From: an uncultured Bdellovibrionales bacterium
GTDB lineage: Bacteria; Bdellovibrionota_C; UBA2361; SZUA-149; CAZDWZ01
Length of the DNA stretch: 64,000 nucleotides
Assembly: GCA_964405665.1 (NCBI GenBank)
Contig: CAYOOT010000002.1
Coordinates: forward strand, 24,751-88,750
Reading direction: 5' to 3'
The position numbers were made by a program, and so were the translations under genes. Of the stretch, positions 16,549-24,762 are shown piece after piece (within the stretch, counting starts at the first letter, position 1; each line of letters starts with the position of its first letter). The notes below the pieces were generated by a model that searched no databases, had not been told where the DNA came from, and saw nothing but the letters and a program-made list of their open reading frames with translations.

Positions 16549-16590
16549 AAAGTGCTTGATTTAATATCGATGACTAAGCCGGGGTTGTAA
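16549..16590 (+). repeat. 42-bp direct repeat, copy 2 (orphan duplicate of fumC 3' end)
   Basis: aaagtgcttgatttaatatcgatgactaagccggggttgtaa; reads KVLDLISMTKPGL* versus KVLDLMSMTKPGL* in fumC. Confidence 0.95.
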
Positions 16591-16635
16591 AAACTCGAAA
16601 GTTTTTGCAAAGCAAAAACTTTTCATTTAAAATAC

Positions 16636-17568
16636 ATGCATATGAACCACTCCGAACTAATCGAAAAAATTAAGCTCCTCAAACAACAAAAAAACGCTGT
16701 CATCCTTGCGCACTACTACCAAGAAGGCGAGATTCAGGACATTGCTGATTTCGTTGCTGATAGTTTGGGACTGGCGCAATTTGGTGCAAAAACTAAAGCA
16801 GATATTATCGTGCTAGCTGGTGTCCTGTTCATGGCAGAAACTGCAAAAATTTTAAGTCCGGAGAAAAAAGTCTTGGCTCCGGATTTAAATGCCGGATGTT
16901 CTCTTGCTGATAATTGCCCGGCAGAAGAATTTAAAAAATTTAAAGCAAAATATCCCGATCATAAAGTAATTACTTATGTTAATTGCAGTGCAGAAGTTAA
17001 GGCTCTTTCTGATATTCTTTGCACTTCAGCTAATGCCGAAAAAATTGTAAATTCTTTTCCCCAAGATCAACCATTAATTTTTGCTCCTGATCAATACTTA
17101 GGAGGCTATCTCATTAAAAAAACCGGAAGAAAAATGGTTCTCTGGCCAGGCTCTTGTATTGTTCATGAAACATTTGATGCCAAAAAAATAACTGAACTAA
17201 AAGCCAGATACCCAAAAGCTTTGGTGCTGGCACACCCTGAATGTCAAGAACCGGTTCTTGATTTGGCGGATCATATCGGCTCAACTTCTGCCTTATTGAA
17301 ATACTCTAAGGAATCGCCAGCAAAAGAATTTATTGTGGTTACTGAAGCCGGGATTCTTCATCAAATGCAAAAAGCTTCTCCGGATAAAAAATTCCATGCT
17401 GCGGCAAATAGCGAAAGTTGCAATTGTGCGGAATGTCCTTTTATGCGTCTTAATACAATGGAAAAAATCTACAATTGCTTAAAAGATGAAAAGCCGGAGG
17501 TCCTTGTGCCGGAAGAAATCAGAATTAAGGCTTTAATCCCCTTACAAAAAATGCTTGAACTAAGCTGA
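16636..17568 (+). CDS. nadA: Quinolinate synthase
   Basis: [56 protein letters not shown]. Confidence 0.96.
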   Translation: MHMNHSELIEKIKLLKQQKNAVILAHYYQEGEIQDIADFVADSLGLAQFGAKTKADIIVLAGVLFMAETAKILSPEKKVLAPDLNAGCSLADNCPAEEFKKFKAKYPDHKVITYVNCSAEVKALSDILCTSANAEKIVNSFPQDQPLIFAPDQYLGGYLIKKTGRKMVLWPGSCIVHETFDAKKITELKARYPKALVLAHPECQEPVLDLADHIGSTSALLKYSKESPAKEFIVVTEAGILHQMQKASPDKKFHAAANSESCNCAECPFMRLNTMEKIYNCLKDEKPEVLVPEEIRIKALIPLQKMLELS

Positions 17569-18716
17569 TGTTAAATAAATTTCCCATCTACTTGGACAAT
17601 AATGCCACAACTCCGGTGGATCCTCGAGTTATTGCCAGCATGGTCGAGACCTTGGAAAAGAATTTCGGAAATCCCTCTAGCAGCACTCACACTTTTGGCT
17701 GGTATGCAGCAGAACTTGTAAAAATCGCCAGAGAAAATCTCGCTTCTTTAATTAATGCTCAAGCAGAAGAAATTATTTTTACCAGTGGCGCTACTGAGGC
17801 AAACAATCTGGTAATTTTTGGAGTGCTGAATTCTCTCAATAAAAAACCCCATGTAATAACAGTTTCTACTGAACATAAATCCATTCTTGACCCTCTAAAA
17901 TATCTGGGATCAAAAATCGATCTGACAGAACTAAGGGTCAATCAAGAAGGAGGATTAAGTCTTGATGACTTAAAAAACTCTCTGCGAGAGGATACTGCTC
18001 TTGTTTGCGTAATGCTGGCCAATAATGAAATCGGCAATATCCATCCCCTAAAGGAAATTGCCAAATTAGTTAGGACAACAAAAGCAATACTGCTTTGTGA
18101 TGCCACTCAAGCAATCGGAAAAATTCCTGTTGATGTAATAGATCTGGGAGTTGATTTATTAAGTCTTTCTGCTCATAAGTTTTATGGCCCAAAGGGGATC
18201 GGTGCATTATACATTAGAAAAAATTCGGCCAAACTTCAGCCTCTACTTTTTGGCGGAGGACATGAACGGGGTCTTCGTTCAGGAACATTAAACGTTCCGG
18301 GAATTGTCGCCCTAGGGAAAGCTGCGGAAATTGCCAAAAATGAATTGACAGCAGATGGTTTACATTTGAAAAATTTGAGTTCCTATTTGCTAGAACTGCT
18401 TTCTCAAGAAATTCCTGATTATAAATTAAATGGCCCCAGCAAAAATCGTCTTCCCGGAAATTTAAATTTAGCGTTTTTAGGTGTTGATAATGCCAGATTG
18501 ATCGGAGCTATCCAAACCAAAGTGGCACTTTCCGCAAGCTCTGCTTGTCAATCTGCTTCCACAATTCCTTCACACGTACTCAATGCTTTAGGATTTGATT
18601 TGCAGAGACAAAAATCAAGTATTAGAATTGGTATCGGAAAGTTTAATACTAAAGAAGAAATCGAAGGGGCGGTAAAAATTATTTGCACCAATATTAAGAA
18701 AATTAGAAATGCTTAA
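17568..18716 (+). CDS. iscS: Cysteine desulfurase (IscS/NifS type)
   Basis: YLDNNATTP, FTSGATEANN, DATQ, PLP-lysine SAHKFYGPKG, RSGTLNVPG, catalytic SACQS; TGATG overlap with nadA. Confidence 0.88.
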   Translation: MLNKFPIYLDNNATTPVDPRVIASMVETLEKNFGNPSSSTHTFGWYAAELVKIARENLASLINAQAEEIIFTSGATEANNLVIFGVLNSLNKKPHVITVSTEHKSILDPLKYLGSKIDLTELRVNQEGGLSLDDLKNSLREDTALVCVMLANNEIGNIHPLKEIAKLVRTTKAILLCDATQAIGKIPVDVIDLGVDLLSLSAHKFYGPKGIGALYIRKNSAKLQPLLFGGGHERGLRSGTLNVPGIVALGKAAEIAKNELTADGLHLKNLSSYLLELLSQEIPDYKLNGPSKNRLPGNLNLAFLGVDNARLIGAIQTKVALSASSACQSASTIPSHVLNALGFDLQRQKSSIRIGIGKFNTKEEIEGAVKIICTNIKKIRNA

Positions 18717-19128
18717 AAAAATTATTTTATCAATCCTTTTTTTTAATACACTTTGCTTGGCCGAAGATCCAAAACCCGATAGCTTTGATTTCGATCAGAA
18801 GGAAGAAAATAACGATCCAGTGGAAAGCTGCAAACTCTCGCACGGCACGGCACGTCCGAGAATTGAAGTTGATTATGCTAAGCGTGTTGGGAGCCGGAGA
18901 TCCACAATCTTTTTAATTAAAGGAAAAATAATTGGTTCCTGCATTGATGAAGCAGGATATTATGAATTCGGTAAAATAAAAGAAAAATTCAAAATTCCTT
19001 TAAGCGATCAATTAAATCGCTATGAATTCCACATTACTTCTTATGAAGGCGTAGATGGAGAAATAAGAGTATTTTCTCTTGATGGAAGACAAGATAAAGT
19101 TTTTATTGAAGACGAGATTAAGAGATAG
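18709..19128 (+). CDS. Hypothetical exported protein
   Basis: 139 aa; signal peptide MLKKIILSILFFNTLCLA-E; overlaps end of iscS. Confidence 0.65.
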   Translation: MLKKIILSILFFNTLCLAEDPKPDSFDFDQKEENNDPVESCKLSHGTARPRIEVDYAKRVGSRRSTIFLIKGKIIGSCIDEAGYYEFGKIKEKFKIPLSDQLNRYEFHITSYEGVDGEIRVFSLDGRQDKVFIEDEIKR

Positions 19129-19145
19129 ATCAGAAATTATCATAC

Positions 19146-19163
19146 GGCGAGGCAAAGCTCGCC
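19146..19163. terminator. Short hairpin between convergent genes
   Basis: ggcgag-gcaaag-ctcgcc; no clear U-tract. Confidence 0.3.
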
Positions 19164-19180
19164 ATAGAGGAATACAGCAA

Positions 19181-19399
19181 CTATAATGTAGGAGGAATTT
19201 CGATATCCCGATCCATTACAGTTTTACGGCCATCGTTCTTGGCATTTTCAATTGCCTTATCACAAACTTTTTTAATCATTTCAGATAAAGCGCCTGTGAC
19301 GTTGGCAGATGTACTTAAGCCTGAAGCATCTTTAATGTAGCTTTTCAGCTTAGAAACAACTATCAACACGTTTTCTTTAGTTTCATTTTCTGTGGTCAT
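19181..19399 (-). CDS. Bacterial histone-fold protein (Bd0055/HBb-like singlet histone)
   Basis: LIVVSKLKSYIK...STSA...ALS....C..A.E.AK.DGRKTVMDRDI closely follows recalled Bdellovibrio Bd0055 (LVVTSKVKKLIK...NTSA...VLS....C....E.AKADGRKTVMARDI); RKTVxxRD histone L2 motif; GGGGG SD-like sequence upstream. Confidence 0.9.
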   Translation of the reverse strand: MTTENETKENVLIVVSKLKSYIKDASGLSTSANVTGALSEMIKKVCDKAIENAKNDGRKTVMDRDIEIPPTL

Positions 19400-19453
19400 A
19401 TTCCCCCATAAAGTCCATTAATTAACCAGTGGCTTATAACAAGCCTAATTTGA

Positions 19454-20350
19454 TTATTCAAGCGAAACCTCAGCAATTATAAATTCAAGACTAGTTTCTT
19501 CGGGATTAGTAAAGATTAGCATTCTTTCCACATAACTAAGATCCATTAATCGAGTTTTAGGGCCGTGTATCACTTCCTGGAGGGGAATTTCTATTGTATT
19601 TTGGCCCTTTACCAGCTCAAATTGTCCATTATAACGATCCTCAAATTCCTTGCATTTTGCTCGGTCATCTATCCGAATATTAATTAAAATCTGCTCTTTG
19701 TTTAGTAAATTTATCTTTAATTTTAGTTTTTTATATTCTGACCAATCAAAACCATTGGCCTTATATTCTAAGCCGGAAAATTTGTGGGCCAGTGTAGTCA
19801 CTTGATTAGCAGTGCCTGAATTACAGGGTAGACAAATGTCCTTAGGAAGCCAAAATATCGCATTGAGAAAACCAGAAGACTGAAAAGTTTGATCATAAAG
19901 AACAGGAAATTTTTCTTTTTGTATTTTTAAAGTTTCATATTCTAAAGTAAGTGGTAAAAAAATATAAATTGAAGCTAAATAAAAAATTCCTAAAATAATT
20001 ATTAAGCGAATAAAGAAATTTTTTATAATTTTAAATGATAAAACTATTCCTATTCCGAGGTACCCATTAATTAAGTCATTACTACTGGCACCTCTTCCAA
20101 ATAAAGGTTGAATCAACTCGATCAATACCGGCAATATTAAAAGAAAAAATAAAAGTTTTTCTTTTTTTACTTCCTTAAAAAAACAAAAAAAGCCAAGAGT
20201 AATCAGCATAAATAGGGGGAAATGCAGAGAATCGGAAAGTGTTTCAAAAAAATAGCGATATCTGAGCTTGGGATAGGGAACTAAAAAAAGTATAGCCAGG
20301 GCAAGTGCGAAGTAACGAACTCTTTTGTCTTGAGAAAGGAATTTTTTCAT
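19454..20350 (-). CDS. VanZ-family membrane protein with C-terminal carbohydrate-binding-like beta domain
   Basis: LHFPLF, IELIQPLFGRGASSNDL (VanZ: E..Q...GR..s..D); soluble domain with IRIDD and IEIPL; start set at ATG 20350 because the longer ORF start lies inside a REP. Confidence 0.75.
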   Translation of the reverse strand: MKKFLSQDKRVRYFALALAILFLVPYPKLRYRYFFETLSDSLHFPLFMLITLGFFCFFKEVKKEKLLFFLLILPVLIELIQPLFGRGASSNDLINGYLGIGIVLSFKIIKNFFIRLIIILGIFYLASIYIFLPLTLEYETLKIQKEKFPVLYDQTFQSSGFLNAIFWLPKDICLPCNSGTANQVTTLAHKFSGLEYKANGFDWSEYKKLKLKINLLNKEQILINIRIDDRAKCKEFEDRYNGQFELVKGQNTIEIPLQEVIHGPKTRLMDLSYVERMLIFTNPEETSLEFIIAEVSLE

Positions 20351-20369
20351 TTGTAAATTAGAGACGTTT

Positions 20370-20445
20370 GTAGGGGCAGCCTTTATGGCTGCCCGGTCGA
20401 CCATAATATTTAGTAATTCCGGGCAGGGATAAACCCTGCCCCTAC
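20370..20445. repeat. Inverted pair of GTAG-type REP elements
   Basis: gtaggggcagcctttatggctgccc (20370-94) and gggcagggataaaccctgcccctac (20421-45). Confidence 0.9.
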
Positions 20446-20454
20446 AATATGATC

Positions 20455-20925
20455 TTACTTAATCCTTTTAAGTACAGGCTTATTAGATTTACTGCCAGCC
20501 CCTTTTCCGCCTTCTTCCACATGAAGATTGGGTTGGGGTTTTGTTGTGGCTTGCTTCTGCTCTTCACGAGAACCTTCAATTTGCTGAACTATTAAATCTT
20601 TTAGAACTTCTAAAGGAAGCTGATCCGGCCAGACCTGACTTTCCCCCTCACTGTTTCTTAAACCCCAGACAGCTTTCCAAGGGATGATACATTGAAAATA
20701 ATTTCCACTAAATTTCAAATAAGTGGAGATTTCTTGATCATTATGTGTGGTTTCCCCTTGAAAAAGATAACTAACTTTCAAAGTCAGTGCTTTATTGTCC
20801 TTTAAGTATTCAGGCACAACTACACCTTCTTGACCAGAATTCAGGTAAATCAATACATGATCTCCTTGCATCCATAGCTCAAATAGTTTTATCTTCTCCT
20901 TGGTTTTATTATCTGTTTCTGTCAT
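20455..20925 (-). CDS. sspB: ClpXP adaptor / stringent starvation protein B family
   Basis: GVVVPEYL...LTL..SY...LKFSG..F...IPWKAVWG; flexible tail ending in KPVLKRIK (cf. XB motif RPxLRVVK). Confidence 0.8.
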   Translation of the reverse strand: MTETDNKTKEKIKLFELWMQGDHVLIYLNSGQEGVVVPEYLKDNKALTLKVSYLFQGETTHNDQEISTYLKFSGNYFQCIIPWKAVWGLRNSEGESQVWPDQLPLEVLKDLIVQQIEGSREEQKQATTKPQPNLHVEEGGKGAGSKSNKPVLKRIK

Positions 20926-20957
20926 AGCAATGAAAGCCAGTATGCCATATTAGGTAA

Positions 20958-22409
20958 ATGAATAGCAATAATAGCACAAATATCTTGTTACTTTCCTTCG
21001 TGTTTTTTTTACTGACAACGATCAGCTACGCACAAGAAAATGAAGGAGAAACGAACTCTAGCACAGATTCTTCTATAACAGTACCAACTACTGTTATTAA
21101 TAAAGCAGATGTATCAAATAGTAATACTGGAACACCAGATGAAGTTGAACCATTGGAAAGCTGGGATATGAAAGCTCTCTCCATTCCTACTACAATCAAA
21201 ATAAACCCTACTCAACAACCGACAGAGGGAGTTTTGCCTCCGGAACATGAAGCCAGCATTCCCCCGGAAGTTTGGACAGAGGAAATGGGCAGTAAATTAG
21301 ATTCTCGTTATAATGAAAAAAAAGTTCCCTTATCTAAAAAAGACGAGCAACGTCTTTTCAAGGCATTCAAAAGACAGAAAGAAGTTGTTCGAAACCTGAG
21401 AGAAGAATTTTTTTCAAAAGATAGTCGCGGTCCAGCCGAATTAATCCTCTGTGCAATCAATGTTAATGGTTATGGCCTTAAAAATGAATATCAGGAAAAA
21501 TTTTCTGACGGCAAAGGTTCAAAGAAATATCTAGCAATGGAAGAAAGCTTTATTACGGCAATTAATGCTGCAAAATGCAACGTTGTTGTATTACAAAATT
21601 TTCTCGGCTTAAGACCACTATCGGCAAAAGAAGGATTGAGCATCCTCACAGAAAAACTAAACAGTAGAGATAACGCCACTTGGCGGTTTTTTTATCCAGA
21701 ATATTACACTAAAAGTAAATTCACCAATGCCTTTTTAATTAATGATAATTCCATACAAGTTACGAAAATTGAGAATTTACACAACATTAAACTTCCCAAA
21801 TTTGATAAATTCCTTCTTTCCAGTTTTGCCATACCACCAACTAAAATGATTTTTAATTTCAATTCTCCAAACCCTTTAAAAACTAGAAAAATTACTCTTT
21901 TGGCATCATTCCTTGGAACTAACGTTGGCACTGATAATCCAGGATTACCGAATTCTCAAATGCAAATTGCCGAAATTAATCGCGTTCTGATGAAGTCTCT
22001 TCATGAAAAAGAATCAGATAATGATCTATCTTTATTAGTAGCGGAACGTGCCGGTCCCAAATCCTCCAATGCCGGATTAGTTCTGGAAGGCAGATTGCGT
22101 TTAAAAGACTTTCAATCTAGCGGAAGCTGTAAATTTGATAGAGAATATAAGGTCACCTGCTCTCCCCCCGATCCCGGTTATTTTAAAGAATTATTCGGAA
22201 TAATGAAGGAAGGGATTCCCCCCGATTTGGAAGACAAAAAGCAGCTTGAAATATTTAATACTCTAACTCCTGATATCTATTTTTTTGACAGGGATTTAAA
22301 ATTTGCCTTAATTCATCACCTGCAAACTAGCCGCTATAAAATAGGTTTTCAGGAAGTAAAAAATGGTTTAAAAAATAGTCCACTAATCTGGGTGGAGTTA
22401 AATTGGTAA
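20958..22409 (+). CDS. Exported protein with degenerate endonuclease/exonuclease/phosphatase (EEP)-like domain
   Basis: Signal peptide, S/T/P-rich linker, LCAINVNG and VVVLQNF resemble EEP strands; LQE, GDxN and SDH residues appear replaced. Confidence 0.5.
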   Translation: MNSNNSTNILLLSFVFFLLTTISYAQENEGETNSSTDSSITVPTTVINKADVSNSNTGTPDEVEPLESWDMKALSIPTTIKINPTQQPTEGVLPPEHEASIPPEVWTEEMGSKLDSRYNEKKVPLSKKDEQRLFKAFKRQKEVVRNLREEFFSKDSRGPAELILCAINVNGYGLKNEYQEKFSDGKGSKKYLAMEESFITAINAAKCNVVVLQNFLGLRPLSAKEGLSILTEKLNSRDNATWRFFYPEYYTKSKFTNAFLINDNSIQVTKIENLHNIKLPKFDKFLLSSFAIPPTKMIFNFNSPNPLKTRKITLLASFLGTNVGTDNPGLPNSQMQIAEINRVLMKSLHEKESDNDLSLLVAERAGPKSSNAGLVLEGRLRLKDFQSSGSCKFDREYKVTCSPPDPGYFKELFGIMKEGIPPDLEDKKQLEIFNTLTPDIYFFDRDLKFALIHHLQTSRYKIGFQEVKNGLKNSPLIWVELNW

Positions 22410-22478
22410 TTGATAACGGAGCGCGGACTCGCAGGGCACGTTGCCCTTTAGTCCGCTAGTTTATTAAGGTAAGAAATT

Positions 22479-23552
22479 ATGCACAAAGAATCAAAAGACT
22501 TTCTTTACAAACTTTTAAATACCCCCTCACCTTCGGGTTTTGAACAAGATATTCAAAAAGTCGTTAAAAAAAGAATGGCTCATTATGCTGATACGATTGA
22601 AGTCGATGTGCACGGCAATTTGACTGCCTGTTGGAATCCGGATGCCAGCGTAAGAATAATGCTAGCCGGACATTGCGATCAAATCGGCTTTATGGTCACG
22701 CATGTTAATGATGCCGGATATATTCATTTTGGAACAATCGGTGGAATTGATCCGGCCGTGCTTCCAGGATCAACCTTAACGATTCTCAGTAAATCCGGAC
22801 CAATCCCCGGAATTATTGGACACAAACCAATACACTTACTTGCACCGGAAGAAAGAGGAAAACAAGTTTCTTTAGCAAATCTTTGGATCGATATTGGAGC
22901 AGACGATGGCAAAGCTGCCAGAGCTCTAGTAAATGTTGGCGACCCGATTGTTTATCAAATGGGAATCACCGAACTGGGTAAAAATATTATTTCTTCTCCT
23001 GCTTGTGATGATAAAGTCGGACTATTTGTTTGCATGGAAGCATTAAGAATTGTTTCTCAAACTCAGTCCAAGAAAAAATGCCCGATTGCCCTTTATGCAG
23101 TAAGCACAGTGCAAGAAGAAGTAGGCTTAAGAGGAGCAAGGACTTCTTGTTTTGGAATTGATCCCGTAGCCGGAATTGCAGTGGATGTTACTCATGCCTC
23201 TGATAATCCAGGAGCAGATGCCAAAGCCATCGGCACTGTAAAGCTGGGCAAAGGTCCGACAATCGCTCGAGGCTCCAATATCAACCCGGTTTTAGAAAAT
23301 CTTTTAGTAGAAACTGCCAAGAAGAAAAAATTAGCATATCAACCACTTTCTTCTCCCAATGCCACAGGCACCGATGCCAACGCCATTCAGATTTCCCGGT
23401 CGGGTGTTGCTGCAGCATTAATTGGTCTTCCCAATCGCTATATGCACACGCAAGTAGAGGTCGTAGATTTGAGAGATTTGGAAATAGCTGCTAAGTTAAT
23501 TGCCGAAACTGTAGTAAGGATTACAAAAAGGACCAGTTTCGTTCCCGTATAA
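22479..23552 (+). CDS. M42-family metallopeptidase
   Basis: PSPSGFE, LAGHCDQIG, DDKVG, TVQEEVGLRGA, VDVTH, GTDA, RYMHT. Confidence 0.92.
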   Translation: MHKESKDFLYKLLNTPSPSGFEQDIQKVVKKRMAHYADTIEVDVHGNLTACWNPDASVRIMLAGHCDQIGFMVTHVNDAGYIHFGTIGGIDPAVLPGSTLTILSKSGPIPGIIGHKPIHLLAPEERGKQVSLANLWIDIGADDGKAARALVNVGDPIVYQMGITELGKNIISSPACDDKVGLFVCMEALRIVSQTQSKKKCPIALYAVSTVQEEVGLRGARTSCFGIDPVAGIAVDVTHASDNPGADAKAIGTVKLGKGPTIARGSNINPVLENLLVETAKKKKLAYQPLSSPNATGTDANAIQISRSGVAAALIGLPNRYMHTQVEVVDLRDLEIAAKLIAETVVRITKRTSFVPV

Positions 23553-23640
23553 TCCTAATCTAATAAGTATTTCTTGCTAGCCGACTCGGGCGTTAATTCA
23601 ACTGATAGTGGTTTTCCAGCATTACCTTGGCTTGGAAAGA

Positions 23641-23946
23641 TTAAGCCGCTTTTGTGCCTTGCATTTTTTTTGTTACTGCAATTTGCAAACCCAGAGCTTC
23701 GAAAACTTTTGATAAACTAGAAAGTCTAGGGTTTCCTTTTTCTGAAAGCATATCATATATGCCTTCTCTATTAAGTGAAGTGTTTTTAGAAAGATAACCA
23801 ACTCCTCCTTGGGCTTCTACCACATCGCGTACTGCAAGAAGAAAAGCTGCTTCACCTTCTTCAATAGATTCAGTAATGTACCCGGCAGCAAAGTCTAGAT
23901 CTTTTAGCTGTTCAAGTAACCATTTTTTATAATCAATAGTTGGCAT
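23641..23946 (-). CDS. Addiction-module antidote (HI1420/TIGR02684-like HTH)
   Basis: FLLAVRDVVEAQGG...TSLNREGIYDMLSEKGNPRLSSL..V..ALG; ATG 23946 overlaps the toxin 3' end. Confidence 0.9.
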   Translation of the reverse strand: MPTIDYKKWLLEQLKDLDFAAGYITESIEEGEAAFLLAVRDVVEAQGGVGYLSKNTSLNREGIYDMLSEKGNPRLSSLSKVFEALGLQIAVTKKMQGTKAA

Positions 23947-24286
23947 AGTTTTTCTCTTGTTTATACTCTTCCCAATAGGCTTTTGCTTTTTTGATATCGG
24001 CATTTTGCGATCCCTTATCTCCTCCACAAAGTAAGATTATTATTTCCAATCGATGCTGTCCAAAGTACACTCTATATCCAGGACCGAAATCGATCTTTAG
24101 CTCATGAACGCCTTTCCCAACTGTTTCAACAAGTCCTAAGTTTCCAGCCCTAACACGAGCTAATCGGGATATGATTTTTTGCTTTGCTCTTAAATCTTTT
24201 AAATTCTCAAACCATTCAGCAAATGGTAAGGCTCCACTTTTAGAGCGAAAAATGCATAGATTTTTTGGCAAAACTTCCGTGTCCAT
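23933..24286 (-). CDS. Addiction-module killer protein (RelE/ParE-like, HI1419/TIGR02683-like)
   Basis: PFAEWFENLKD...RLARVRAGNLG...VGKGVHELKIDFGPGYRVYF...LLCGGDKGSQNADIKKA. Confidence 0.92.
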   Translation of the reverse strand: MDTEVLPKNLCIFRSKSGALPFAEWFENLKDLRAKQKIISRLARVRAGNLGLVETVGKGVHELKIDFGPGYRVYFGQHRLEIIILLCGGDKGSQNADIKKAKAYWEEYKQEKNYANY

Positions 24287-24292
24287 CTAATT

Positions 24293-24319
24293 GTAGATTA
24301 TAACCTACGCTCTTGTCAA
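24293..24319 (-). promoter_or_regulatory. Probable TA promoter with operator palindrome
   Basis: Minus strand TTGACA, 18 nt, TACAAT; imperfect palindrome gtagattataacctac (24293-24308, 14/16) lies within it. Confidence 0.5.
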
Positions 24320-24325
24320 CCACTA

Positions 24326-24381
24326 TTTTACCTCTGGACAAAGACCCTTTAAAAACGAGTGGCCTTTGTCCAGAGGTAAAA
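24326..24381. repeat. Long inverted repeat
   Basis: ttttacctctggacaaag (24326-43) / ctttgtccagaggtaaaa (24364-81): perfect 18-bp arms, 20-nt spacer. Confidence 0.85.
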
Positions 24382-24762
24382 GTGCGTAGTGCTTTATCTC
24401 TCCTTAAAGTTTTATTGTAATTTTCTTTCTTCCTCGTTTCGAACTAACAAGTATTTCTCGTTAGTTGCCTCGCACACTCACTCCCTTTCTTCGTATCGAA
24501 CAAAATTTGGAGAAGTTGCTTATTTTTTAATATTTATTGTTAATTTTTCATTAACAGCTTGGTCCAAATTGCCGACCTCGTAAGCCTGTGATATTCCAAA
24601 TTATAGCTTGGGGGGACAACACAATTGGATCTTGATAGAAAAAATAAAAATTATCTTAGTCCTACTTTGGAAGTGGCTTTTAAATCCTCAATATTATACT
24701 CTTCACAAATGACTAGAAATACAGAAAACTTATAAGAAATATTTTTTATCTGGAAATCTAAA

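Noticed and set aside
20351-20404. Extended N-terminus MVDRAAIKAAPT... of the VanZ ORF
   Set aside because: Derived from the REP sequence; the real start is more likely ATG 20350
24389-24583. 64-aa minus-strand ORF upstream of the TA pair
   Set aside because: No motif, no SD and atypical composition; treated as non-coding
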